The notes beneath the pieces are model-generated. The model was given only the letters and a program-made list of their open reading frames with translations. It searched no databases and was not told where the DNA came from. 45,923 bases of DNA from an uncultured Bacilli bacterium (GTDB lineage: Bacteria > Bacillota_I > Bacilli_A > RF39 > UBA660). Below are positions 8,816 to 18,162 of the stretch, piece by piece (the first letter of the stretch is position 1; every line of letters begins with the position of its first letter). The stretch is taken from NCBI GenBank assembly GCA_944372485.1, contig CALVZI010000009.1:1-45923 (forward strand), in the 5' to 3' direction. Position numbers and translations under genes: made by a program.

Positions 8816-9116
8816 TATTGATAGAGCAGTACAATTTATGCCGTTTGATGCTTTAAAGGGGTTTAGGGAAGCTTTAGAGCAAGTTGAAAAATTTACGGAA
8901 GATAAAAAAGAATTTTGTGATGATTATTTTGATAATTTAAATATAAAAATAAATAGTTTAAAAATAGGTGAAAAAGTTTTAATAAAACATTACTATGAAT
9001 TAGAATATGTGGAAACAATTAGTGTTATAAAAAGAATAGATAAAGTTTATAAAAAAATATATTTAGTAAATTCAATTATTGAATTTGATGATATTATTGA
9101 AATAAAAAAAGTATAA
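8805..9116 (+). CDS. YolD-like protein (proposed UmuD-analogous partner of Y-family polymerases)
   Basis: RAVQFMPFDALKGFREAL is the YolD family N-terminal block. RBS AGGAGG. Overlaps the polymerase gene by 11 nt. Confidence 0.7.
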   Translation: MQNNIDRAVQFMPFDALKGFREALEQVEKFTEDKKEFCDDYFDNLNIKINSLKIGEKVLIKHYYELEYVETISVIKRIDKVYKKIYLVNSIIEFDDIIEIKKV

Positions 9117-9133
9117 CTTTATAAATTATACTT
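9109..9133. terminator. bidirectional hairpin between convergent genes
   Basis: AAGTATAA (9109-9116) / TTATACTT (9126-9133) flanked by A-run and T-run; overlaps both stop regions. Confidence 0.45.
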
Positions 9134-10204
9134 TTAATTATCATTAAATAATTTATTTATATTTGTATTGTCAACATTTTTTATTAATTTATGTATTGAG
9201 GAACAAAATTTAATTCTAACAAATTCAATTATACTTGAAAATAAATAAACTAATAATATAATAATAAATAAAGCAAAAAATATTGTTGGAAATTTATAAT
9301 TTAAAATTTCTCTTATACTATTTGTATATATCGGATATATGTTTGGATTAGAATGAATTAAATATACTGCAAAAATCTCTGGAACTAATACTTTTGTAAT
9401 TTTTTCAATATAAATATTTAATCTAATTTTTGTAAATAAAAGAAGTAAATTGATTGCCGAGAAAACAATTAATGGGCTGGTATAGCTAACAGCAAAGTAT
9501 TCATAAATGTTATATTTTTTACAAAAAAACCAAATAGTAAAAGTGATTGCAATACTTAATAAGTAATTTAGGAAACAAATTTTCTTTTTTATGTATAAAT
9601 TAAGTTGAAGTTTATTTAATATTGCTCCAATGCTGTACATAACAATTCCCCATAATACACTGTAACCTCTATTTGTATAAAATATATCAATTTCTTTTTT
9701 ATAAGCAATAGGGGACATGATAATAAAAGGAATTATTGAAAAAAATAATAATAAGATAATCAAAAATGCTTTATTAAATTTTTCAGTTGAATTGTTAATT
9801 AATTTGTTGATGAAAGGTGTAAAAAAGAATAAGACAAAGTAGCATGTGAAAAACCAATATATATTTGAAGTAACTGGTGTTAGTGTTTTTAATATATTTA
9901 TTGCATCAAAATTATTAGTTAAAATTTGTTTTCCTACTTCAAAAAAAAGTAAGTAAAAGAAAACTTGAAACCATAATAATAAAATTCTAGATAACTTAAA
10001 TTTGGAATTTATCCCGAAATATCCACTTATTAGAAAAAATATATCAACTGCTCCGTAACATGCAATTTCTATAAACCATGAAATATTGAAAATTATTCCC
10101 TTTGTTTCAGATAACATTCCACTACGTGACAAACTATGTAATGTTACAATCATAATCATTGAAATTATTCTTAATAAATCAACATTAAATTCTCTTTTTT
10201 TCAT
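9134..10204 (-). CDS. acyltransferase family 3 membrane protein (O-acyltransferase of surface glycopolymers)
   Basis: N-terminal REFNVDLLRIISMIMIVTLHS block and about 10 TM segments. RBS GAGGAG lies 8 nt before ATG 10204 (the track ORF starts 20 codons earlier). Confidence 0.75.
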   Translation of the reverse strand: MKKREFNVDLLRIISMIMIVTLHSLSRSGMLSETKGIIFNISWFIEIACYGAVDIFFLISGYFGINSKFKLSRILLLWFQVFFYLLFFEVGKQILTNNFDAINILKTLTPVTSNIYWFFTCYFVLFFFTPFINKLINNSTEKFNKAFLIILLLFFSIIPFIIMSPIAYKKEIDIFYTNRGYSVLWGIVMYSIGAILNKLQLNLYIKKKICFLNYLLSIAITFTIWFFCKKYNIYEYFAVSYTSPLIVFSAINLLLLFTKIRLNIYIEKITKVLVPEIFAVYLIHSNPNIYPIYTNSIREILNYKFPTIFFALFIIILLVYLFSSIIEFVRIKFCSSIHKLIKNVDNTNINKLFNDN

Positions 10205-10356
10205 GCATATAACTCCTCGCAATCTATTTACAAGTATTTTAACATAAGAAAAAAATGTATTCAATAGATATTTTAAATGTAATAAAATATTATATTTATT
10301 TTATAATAATAAATTTTAATTTTTCAAATAAATTATGTATAAATTTGTTATATTCA

Positions 10357-10385
10357 TTGCAAATATTGTCATATTTTAGTATAAT
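10357..10385 (+). promoter_or_regulatory. sigma-A promoter of the teichoic-acid gene cluster
   Basis: TTGCAA (10357-10362), 17 nt, TATAAT (10380-10385); 25 nt upstream of ATG 10411. Confidence 0.6.
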
Positions 10386-10410
10386 TAACTTGTCGTAGGA
10401 AGTGGTTTAA

Positions 10411-11526
10411 ATGTATAAATATTTAGTTAGATTTAATGTGTTTATATTAAATTGTATATATATTATTTTTAAAATGCTTCCAACTAACCGTAATAAAATA
10501 TTTTTTTTAAGTAGACAATCTAATAAACCATCAATAGATTTTCGAAAATTAATGGGTAATTTAAATGAAAATTATGATGTTAAAATGGTTGTTATGACTA
10601 AAAGAGTTGAAAAAAATTTAAAAGATGTTCTAACTAAAAATGTTTTAATATCTTTTAGACAAATGTATCATTTGGCTACTAGTAAAGTTTGTATTGTTGA
10701 TGGTTATAATATTACAGTTAGTGTTTTGAAGCATAAAAAAAGTTTAAAAATATTTCAAATTTGGCATTCATTGGGAGCAATAAAAAAATTTGGTTACCAA
10801 TCTTTAGTAACTGAAAAACAAAAAGTTATAGCTAAAGAAATGTCTATGCATAAAAATTATGATTATATTTTATCAGCTTCACAAGAAACCACAAATTATT
10901 TACAAAAATCTTTTAGTTATAAAAAAGATAAATTTATTATAGGAACTTTACCACGTGTTGATTATTTAAAAGAACATAGTCAAATTAATAAAAATAAGAT
11001 TTATCAAAAATATCCAAATTTTAAAAATAAGAAAATAGTTTTATATGCTCCAACTTTTAGACCAAATAATAATTATAAAATTAAAGAGGTTATAGAAAAA
11101 TTTAATAATAAAGATTATATACTAATATTAAAACTGCATCCTAATATAAAAGAGAAATATCAAAGTAATAACAATGTTTATTTATGTAATGAGTTTTCAA
11201 CACTACAACTTCTTAGTGTAGCTAATTATGTAATTACAGATTATTCTGGTCTATCATTAGAAGCTAGTGTTTTAAATAAGCAAATATATATATTTGCTTA
11301 TGATTATGATAATTATAAAAAAAATCCTGGAATAAATATTGATTTAAAAAAAGAATTTAAAAAATACTTTTTTACTGATATAGATGATTTATATAATTCA
11401 ATAGGGAATAGATATAATAAAAAAATTATAAGTGATTATTGTAATAAATATATTGAAATACAAAAAGATGTAACTAATAAATTAGTGGATGAAATCGTAG
11501 TAAGGGGTTTTGAATATGAAGACTAA
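10411..11526 (+). CDS. CDP-glycerol glycerophosphotransferase family protein (TagB/TagF-like, short form)
   Basis: QIWHSLGAIKKFG, LYAPTFRPN and ITDYSGLSLEA match the TagB/TagF catalytic domain blocks. Confidence 0.8.
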   Translation: MYKYLVRFNVFILNCIYIIFKMLPTNRNKIFFLSRQSNKPSIDFRKLMGNLNENYDVKMVVMTKRVEKNLKDVLTKNVLISFRQMYHLATSKVCIVDGYNITVSVLKHKKSLKIFQIWHSLGAIKKFGYQSLVTEKQKVIAKEMSMHKNYDYILSASQETTNYLQKSFSYKKDKFIIGTLPRVDYLKEHSQINKNKIYQKYPNFKNKKIVLYAPTFRPNNNYKIKEVIEKFNNKDYILILKLHPNIKEKYQSNNNVYLCNEFSTLQLLSVANYVITDYSGLSLEASVLNKQIYIFAYDYDNYKKNPGINIDLKKEFKKYFFTDIDDLYNSIGNRYNKKIISDYCNKYIEIQKDVTNKLVDEIVVRGFEYED

Positions 11527-12757
11527 AATAATTAGCTATTTAAAAAAACATCCTCAATTACGTTTAATTGCTCGATTTGGATTGTTACAATATAGGAAAA
11601 TAAAATATTTATTATCAGGAATTGGTTTAAAAGTAGATTCAAATTTAATTGTTTTTGAATGTTATATGGGAAGAAAATATACGTGTAATCCTAAAGCTTT
11701 ATATTTAGAACTTTTAAATAATAAAAAATATTCTAATTATAAATTTGTTTGGGCTTTTAAAGAACCTAAAAATTTTAAATTTTTAAAGAATAAACGTACT
11801 AAAATAATTAAATATGGTAGTAAAGAATATAAAAAAATATATCATCAAGCGAAATATTTTATTACTAATTCAAGATTACCAGAATGGATTATAAAAAAGA
11901 ATAGTCAAATATATATTCAAACATGGCATGGAACACCATTAAAAAAATTGGGGTTTGATATTGAAGTAGATGGTAATAATGCAATGAATTCTAAAAGAGA
12001 AATTCAAAATAAGTATTTACAAGATTCTAGTAGATATGATTATATGCTTTCACCATCTAGTTTTTGTACAGAAAAATTTACAAGTGCATTTAAATTAACA
12101 AATAAAACTAAAATAATTGAAAAAGGTTATCCAAGAAATGATCAATTATTTAAGTATACAAAAGAAGAAATAAAAGAGATAAAAAATAAATTAAATATAC
12201 CTAATAATAAAAAAATTATATTATATGCCCCAACTTGGAGAGATAATGAACATATATCAGGATTAGGATATACACAACATATTGAATTAAATTTTGATGT
12301 ATTAAAAGAAAAACTAAGTAAAGAATTTGTAATATTATTTAGAAGTCATTATTTTATTGCGAATAAATTTGATTTTTCTAAATATAAAAATTTTATTTAT
12401 AATGTAAGTGATTACGATGAAATAAATGATTTATATATTATTAGTGATTTACTTATTACAGATTATTCAAGTGTTTTCTTTGATTATGCTAATCTAAAAA
12501 GACCAATTATTTTTTATATGTATGATTATAATAATTATAAAAATAAATTACGTGATTTTTATATTAATTTGGATGAACTTCCTGGACCAATAATAAAAGA
12601 AAAAAATGAGTTAAAGTTGTGTGATACAGTTATCGATATAGAAAAGAATGTAAACAAATATAGTGAGAAATATGAAAAGTTTAATAAAAAATTTAATTAT
12701 TTAGATAATAAGGATTGTAGTAAAGAAGTACTTAAGGAGTGTATAGGCTGTGAATAA
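11510..12757 (+). CDS. CDP-glycerol glycerophosphotransferase family protein (TagF-like), paralog 1
   Basis: QTWHGTPLKKLGFDI, LYAPTWRDN, ITDYSSVFFDYANLKRPIIFYMYD; overlaps the upstream gene by 17 nt. Confidence 0.85.
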   Translation: MNMKTKIISYLKKHPQLRLIARFGLLQYRKIKYLLSGIGLKVDSNLIVFECYMGRKYTCNPKALYLELLNNKKYSNYKFVWAFKEPKNFKFLKNKRTKIIKYGSKEYKKIYHQAKYFITNSRLPEWIIKKNSQIYIQTWHGTPLKKLGFDIEVDGNNAMNSKREIQNKYLQDSSRYDYMLSPSSFCTEKFTSAFKLTNKTKIIEKGYPRNDQLFKYTKEEIKEIKNKLNIPNNKKIILYAPTWRDNEHISGLGYTQHIELNFDVLKEKLSKEFVILFRSHYFIANKFDFSKYKNFIYNVSDYDEINDLYIISDLLITDYSSVFFDYANLKRPIIFYMYDYNNYKNKLRDFYINLDELPGPIIKEKNELKLCDTVIDIEKNVNKYSEKYEKFNKKFNYLDNKDCSKEVLKECIGCE

Positions 12758-14063
12758 TACAAGATTAGAAATAAAAAGAACTAAGAGAAAATTGAAAAGA
12801 TTGCGAAGAAGATATCGTCATCAAATTATTAAGGCAATTCTTTTAAAATTAATTGGTAAAAATTATAAATTAAAAAGAAAATATGATCAAGCTTTATTAA
12901 ATAGAAGAAAAAGAATTTATATGAAAAAGTATTATAACCTTCCAGTTAATGAGAAAATGATTGTTTTTGATGCTTTTATGGGAAGGAAATTTGTTGATAG
13001 TCCTAAAGCTATATATGAATACATGTTAAGAGATCCTAAGTTTGCTGATTATACTTTTGTTTGGGCATTTAAACATCCAAATAAAAAGAGATATTATTTT
13101 AACAATAATCGAACTATTATCATTAAATATAATTCAGCAACTTATTTTGAGTATTGTGCGCAAGCAAAATATTGGATTACTAATTCTCGTATACCAGAAT
13201 ATTTAATAAAAAAGGATGAACAAGTTTTTATTCAATGTTGGCATGGAACACCATTAAAAAAATTAGGATTTGACATTGAAGTTAAAGGTGGAAATGAAAA
13301 TACCGATAATGAGTTATTAAGACAAAAATATAATAATGATGCAATGAGATATGATTATATGATTTCTCCATCTAAATATTGTTCTGAAAAGTTTATTTCA
13401 GCATTTAATTTGAAAGATTTAGGAAAAGAGGATATAATTATTGAAGAAGGATATCCAAGAAATGATTATTTAATTAATTACAAAGAAAATGATATAGAAG
13501 AAATTAAAATAAACTTAAATATACCACGAGATAAAAAAGTTATTTTATATGCACCAACTTGGAGAGATAATCAACATACAATTGGTGTTGGTTATACATA
13601 TGAACTAGGTGTTGATTTTGATAATTTAAAAGAATCTTTATCATATGAATATGTAATTTTATTTAGAGCTCATTATTTTGTGGCTAATCAATTTGATTTT
13701 GAAAAATATAATGGATTTGTTTATAATGTTTCTGAATATGAAGATATAAATGATTTATATATTATTTCTGATATGTTAATTACGGATTATTCTAGTGTAT
13801 TCTTTGATTATGCTAATTTAAAAAGACCAATTTTATTTTATATGTATGATTTAGAAGAATATAAAAATAATTTAAGAGATTTTTATATTGATTTAGATGA
13901 ACTTCCTGGTCCAATAATTGAAGAAGAAAATGAATTAATTAAAACAATCAAAAAAAATAAATTTGTTTATGATAAAAAATATAAAAAATTTAACGCTAAA
14001 TTTAATTATTTAGATGATGGTGAAGCTACAAAAAGAGTGATTGAAAAAATTTTTGAACAGTAA
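12750..14063 (+). CDS. CDP-glycerol glycerophosphotransferase family protein (TagF-like), paralog 2, with Arg/Lys-rich N-terminal extension
   Basis: Same blocks as paralog 1 (QCWHGTPLKKLGFDI, LYAPTWRDN, ITDYSSVFFDYANLKRPILFYMYD). GTG start overlaps the upstream stop by 8 nt. Confidence 0.85.
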   Translation: MNNTRLEIKRTKRKLKRLRRRYRHQIIKAILLKLIGKNYKLKRKYDQALLNRRKRIYMKKYYNLPVNEKMIVFDAFMGRKFVDSPKAIYEYMLRDPKFADYTFVWAFKHPNKKRYYFNNNRTIIIKYNSATYFEYCAQAKYWITNSRIPEYLIKKDEQVFIQCWHGTPLKKLGFDIEVKGGNENTDNELLRQKYNNDAMRYDYMISPSKYCSEKFISAFNLKDLGKEDIIIEEGYPRNDYLINYKENDIEEIKINLNIPRDKKVILYAPTWRDNQHTIGVGYTYELGVDFDNLKESLSYEYVILFRAHYFVANQFDFEKYNGFVYNVSEYEDINDLYIISDMLITDYSSVFFDYANLKRPILFYMYDLEEYKNNLRDFYIDLDELPGPIIEEENELIKTIKKNKFVYDKKYKKFNAKFNYLDDGEATKRVIEKIFEQ

Positions 14064-14119
14064 TTAAAAAGTATTATAACTAATTTATTTGCAAATTTTA
14101 ACTTAAGGAGTGTTATAGC

Positions 14120-16549
14120 ATGAAAAAGAAAAAAAAGAAAATTAGCTATTTAGAGAAAAATTCTGTATATAGAGCTAGAATAAAATATACACAATATTTT
14201 GAAAATTTAAAAATAAATAAAAATGTAATTTTATTTGAATCATTTAATGGATTAAATTTTAGTGGAGCTCCATATTATATATTTTTAGAAATATATAACA
14301 ATTCACAATATGATGGCTTTGAGAAAGTAATTGTAATTAATAAAAAAAATGAAAAAAATTTGCTAAATTTTTTAGAAATTAATAATATTGATAAAGTAAA
14401 AATAGTAATTAGAAATAGTGATGAATATTGTAAATTACTAGCAACTGCAAAATATTTGATTAATAATGTTACCTTTCCAGATTATTTTATACGAAAGAAT
14501 GAACAAATTTATTGGAATACTTGGCATGGGACACCATTAAAAGCATTAGGAAGAAGTATAAAAAATAATCCTGCAATTATTGGTAATGTTCAAAGAAATT
14601 TTATTCACGCTACCCATTTATCATATTCTAATGAATTTACTTTTGATAATGTAAGAAAAGATTATATGATTGAACAATTATTTAGAGGAGAGTACTTATT
14701 AGGAGGCTACCCAGCTAATGATATATTTTTTGATAAAAAACATGAAAAAGCAACAAAAGAAAAGATTGGTTTGAAAGGTAAAAAGATTGTGGTTTATATG
14801 CCTACATGGCGTGATAAAGAGCCTAAAAAAAAGCACAATAAACAAATGTTTTATATAATGCATGCTCTTTATAATTTCGATAAAAATTTAGATGATGATA
14901 CTGTGGTTTTAGTTAAATTACATCATTTAGGTAATAAAAAAATTAACTTTAATGATTTTGATAAAATAAAAGCTTTCCCAAAAGAATTTGAAACCTATGA
15001 AATTTTGAATATTGCGGATATATTAATTACTGATTATTCAAGTGTTATGTTTGATTTTTTAAATAAAAATAAGCCAATTTTATTATATACATTTGATAAA
15101 GAAGAGTATATGAGTGGTCGTAGTATGTATTTTGATATTGAAAAATTGCCCTTTTTTCAAACTAATGATATTTATAAATTGTGTGATGAAATAAATAATT
15201 GTGATTTTAATGTTAATTATGAAAAAGTAAAAAGAAATTTTTGCCAATATGACCGAAAGAATTCATCAAAAAAATTGTGTGAATATGTTTTTCAAAATAA
15301 AAAATGTTCTTCAGTAAATGTAATACCGGCTAAGAATTTTTATAATGATAAAAAAAATATATTAATTTTTTGTGGAACATTATTAAAAAATGGTATTACA
15401 ACTGCTTTAAAATCATTAATTGCTAATCTGGATGTAAACAAATACAATTACTATCTTTGTTTTACTCAAAAAGCGGGTGAAAGAGATATAGATTTTGTAA
15501 ATAGTTTAGATAGCGATATAAAGTATATACCTATTAGAGGAGCAAAAAATCTATTATTTTTAGAATCATTAGCACAACGCTTATATTTTAAATATAATGT
15601 TAAAAATAGAATTTTATTAAAATATATAGATAATATATTTGAAAGAGAATCACACCGCCTAATTTTAAACAATAAATTTGATGTAGCAATTCATTTTTCT
15701 GGGTACGAACGCGATATGATATATTTATTGCACCACTCGTCAAAAAAATGTATTATTAACACTCATTCTAATATGTTAATGGAAAGTAAGATGCGCTCTA
15801 ATATTCATACTCCTTCAATTGAGTATGCTTATAAGGAATATGACAAAATTACAATAGTACGTGATACTATGAAAGAAGAAATAAGTAATCATATAAAATG
15901 GGTTGATATAAATAAAATAAAAACTTTACATAACTTAAATGATATAGAAGGAATTAAGAAAAAGTCAAAATTACCTATAAGTTTTGATTCTGATACAGAA
16001 TGTAATTATTCTATGGAAGAATTAGAAAACATTTTGAATAGTAACTCTATTAAGTTTATTAATATTGCAAGATTTTCAGTTGAAAAAGGATTAGATAGAT
16101 TAATTGAAGCTTTTCAAATGTTTAATAAAGATAATCCTAATAGTTATTTAATTATTATAGGTGGGCATGGAGCTCTTTATAAAAAAACATTAGAGAAAGC
16201 AAATGAATTAAATAATGTAGTTATTATAAAGTCACTACGTAATCCAATGAATATTCTTAGTAAGTGTGATTTATTTGTCTTATCATCTTTATATGAAGGA
16301 TTACCAATGACAATAATGGAAGCATTGATTTTGAAAAAGCCAGTAATTAGCACTGATATTCCAAGTATTCGTAGCTTTTTCTCTGAAGGATATGGGTACT
16401 TAGTTGAAAATTCTACAAAAGGATTATATAATGGAATGATTGATTTTAAAAATAATAAATTAAAAGAATTAAAAAAATTTAATGCTGAAGAATTTAATAA
16501 GGTGGCATTAAAAGAATTCTATGATGTCGTAGAAAATGGTGATGTATGA
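14120..16549 (+). CDS. fusion protein: N-terminal TagF-like glycerophosphotransferase plus C-terminal GT4-type glycosyltransferase
   Basis: N-half has NTWHGTPLKALG, VYMPTWRDK, ITDYSSVMFDF. C-half has GGHGALYKK...SSLYEGLPMTIMEALILKKPVISTD (GT4 E-x7-E region). Confidence 0.8.
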   Translation: MKKKKKKISYLEKNSVYRARIKYTQYFENLKINKNVILFESFNGLNFSGAPYYIFLEIYNNSQYDGFEKVIVINKKNEKNLLNFLEINNIDKVKIVIRNSDEYCKLLATAKYLINNVTFPDYFIRKNEQIYWNTWHGTPLKALGRSIKNNPAIIGNVQRNFIHATHLSYSNEFTFDNVRKDYMIEQLFRGEYLLGGYPANDIFFDKKHEKATKEKIGLKGKKIVVYMPTWRDKEPKKKHNKQMFYIMHALYNFDKNLDDDTVVLVKLHHLGNKKINFNDFDKIKAFPKEFETYEILNIADILITDYSSVMFDFLNKNKPILLYTFDKEEYMSGRSMYFDIEKLPFFQTNDIYKLCDEINNCDFNVNYEKVKRNFCQYDRKNSSKKLCEYVFQNKKCSSVNVIPAKNFYNDKKNILIFCGTLLKNGITTALKSLIANLDVNKYNYYLCFTQKAGERDIDFVNSLDSDIKYIPIRGAKNLLFLESLAQRLYFKYNVKNRILLKYIDNIFERESHRLILNNKFDVAIHFSGYERDMIYLLHHSSKKCIINTHSNMLMESKMRSNIHTPSIEYAYKEYDKITIVRDTMKEEISNHIKWVDINKIKTLHNLNDIEGIKKKSKLPISFDSDTECNYSMEELENILNSNSIKFINIARFSVEKGLDRLIEAFQMFNKDNPNSYLIIIGGHGALYKKTLEKANELNNVVIIKSLRNPMNILSKCDLFVLSSLYEGLPMTIMEALILKKPVISTDIPSIRSFFSEGYGYLVENSTKGLYNGMIDFKNNKLKELKKFNAEEFNKVALKEFYDVVENGDV

Positions 16550-17328
16550 ACAGATTTTTTGGAAATGTAAAAAAATATTATAAATATGCAGTTTATTCTG
16601 CAAAAGCGGAACTTAAAAGTGAAGTTGCTAATTCATACTTAAACTGGGTTTGGTGGCTACTAGACCCAATTTGTTTTATGTTAATATATACTTTTATTGT
16701 TGAAATAGTATTTAAAACAAGAGAACCACATTTTCCTGTCTTTGTTTTTATTGGACTTACAACTTGGAATTTCTTTAAACAAATGTTGAGTGGTAGTGTA
16801 AAATTAGTAAGTAGTAATCGGTCTATTGTTACTAAAGTTTATATACCAAAATACATATTGTTATTATCAAAATCTTTTAAATATTTATTTAAAATGATGA
16901 TTTCATTCTCACTAGTTATTGTTTTAATGTTGATTTTTAATGTTCCATTTACTATTCAAATATTATGGTTTATACCAATATTAATAGTTTTATATGTAGT
17001 TAGCTTTGGGCTAGGTTCCATTTTAATACATTTTGGTATTTATGTTGAAGATTTATATAATGTTGTAAATATTGTTTTAAAACTTATGTTTTATTTATCG
17101 GGTATATTTTATAATATTAGAACAAGGGTACCAGCGCCTTACAATGGAATTCTACTTAGAGTAAATCCGGCTGCCTTTATTATGGATGAGTTTAGAAAAA
17201 TATTAATAGATGGGAAAATGCCAAGTTTAGTTGGTTTGTCATTTTGGTTTGTTGTTGGTATAATATTAACTATGATTGGTGTTAAAATTATTCATAAATA
17301 TGAGAATAGTTATGCAAAGGTGATATAA
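16546..17328 (+). CDS. tagG: teichoic-acid/polysaccharide ABC-2 exporter permease
   Basis: 260 aa with 6 TM segments and ABC-2 type topology. ATGA overlap with the upstream gene; immediately precedes the TagH-like ATPase. Confidence 0.8.
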   Translation: MNRFFGNVKKYYKYAVYSAKAELKSEVANSYLNWVWWLLDPICFMLIYTFIVEIVFKTREPHFPVFVFIGLTTWNFFKQMLSGSVKLVSSNRSIVTKVYIPKYILLLSKSFKYLFKMMISFSLVIVLMLIFNVPFTIQILWFIPILIVLYVVSFGLGSILIHFGIYVEDLYNVVNIVLKLMFYLSGIFYNIRTRVPAPYNGILLRVNPAAFIMDEFRKILIDGKMPSLVGLSFWFVVGIILTMIGVKIIHKYENSYAKVI

Positions 17329-18083
17329 TGAAAGAGAAAAAGAATGAAATATCAATTTCAGTTAAAAATTTACATATTAGTTATAAGGGATTAAAAAAAT
17401 TTTCTATAAAGAAATCATTATTACATCGTAAAACTTCAAAGTTAGAAACTTTTGAGGCCATTAAAGGAATTTCTTTTGATGTTCCTAAAGGTAAAATAGT
17501 TGGTATTATAGGTAAGAATGGTAGTGGTAAAAGTACATTACTTCGTGCAATTGCTGGTATTTTTTCACCTGATAAAGGTACTATTGATTTACATGGAAAT
17601 TCAGTTTCTCTATTATCAATTGGAGTTGGATTCCAAAATCGTTTAACTGGATATGAAAATATTTATTTGGCTGGAATGTTATTAGGTTTTACTGAAGAAG
17701 AAATAAAATTAAAAGAAAAAGAAATAATTAAATTTGCAGATCTTGGTGATTTTATTTATAAACCGGTTAAGACATATTCTTCTGGAATGTATTCTAAATT
17801 AGCTTTTGCAATTACAGCTATTTTAGAAACGGATATTATGCTTATTGATGAAGTTTTATCTGTTGGTGATGCTGCTTTTAAAATTAAAAGTTATAATAAA
17901 ATGAAAGAGTTAATAATGGATGAAAATAGAACTGTAGTAATTGTTTCCCATGTTTCTGCAACTTTAAAAGAGTTATGTGATGAAGTTATTTGGATGCATG
18001 AAGGTAAAATAAAAAAACAAGGTAAACCAGATGAAATATTAGATGAATATAATAAATTCATGAAAAGTAAAGTTAAAAGTTAA
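17328..18083 (+). CDS. tagH: teichoic-acid/polysaccharide exporter ATP-binding protein
   Basis: Walker A GKNGSGKST, signature YSSGMYSKLAF, Walker B MLIDEVLSVGD; the start overlaps the tagG stop. Confidence 0.85.
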   Translation: MKEKKNEISISVKNLHISYKGLKKFSIKKSLLHRKTSKLETFEAIKGISFDVPKGKIVGIIGKNGSGKSTLLRAIAGIFSPDKGTIDLHGNSVSLLSIGVGFQNRLTGYENIYLAGMLLGFTEEEIKLKEKEIIKFADLGDFIYKPVKTYSSGMYSKLAFAITAILETDIMLIDEVLSVGDAAFKIKSYNKMKELIMDENRTVVIVSHVSATLKELCDEVIWMHEGKIKKQGKPDEILDEYNKFMKSKVKS

Positions 18084-18085
18084 TA

Positions 18086-18112
18086 AGAGGACTTCATGAA
18101 GTTCTTTTTTTA
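18086..18112 (+). terminator. rho-independent terminator after tagH
   Basis: AGAGGACTT-CATG-AAGTTCTTT (9 bp including 2 G-U pairs) running into T8. Confidence 0.5.
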
Positions 18113-18127
18113 ACAAAAATTTTTTTC

Positions 18128-18156
18128 TTGAATTTATATCTATCTTCTAGTATAAT
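18128..18156 (+). promoter_or_regulatory. sigma-A promoter of the second acyltransferase gene
   Basis: TTGAAT (18128-18133), 17 nt, TATAAT (18151-18156); the A of ATG 18163 lies 7 nt after the -10. Confidence 0.6.
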
Positions 18157-18162
18157 TATAAT

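Noticed and set aside
15466-15672. 68-aa minus-strand ORF
   Set aside because: Antisense inside the TagF-GT4 fusion gene; no RBS or motif.
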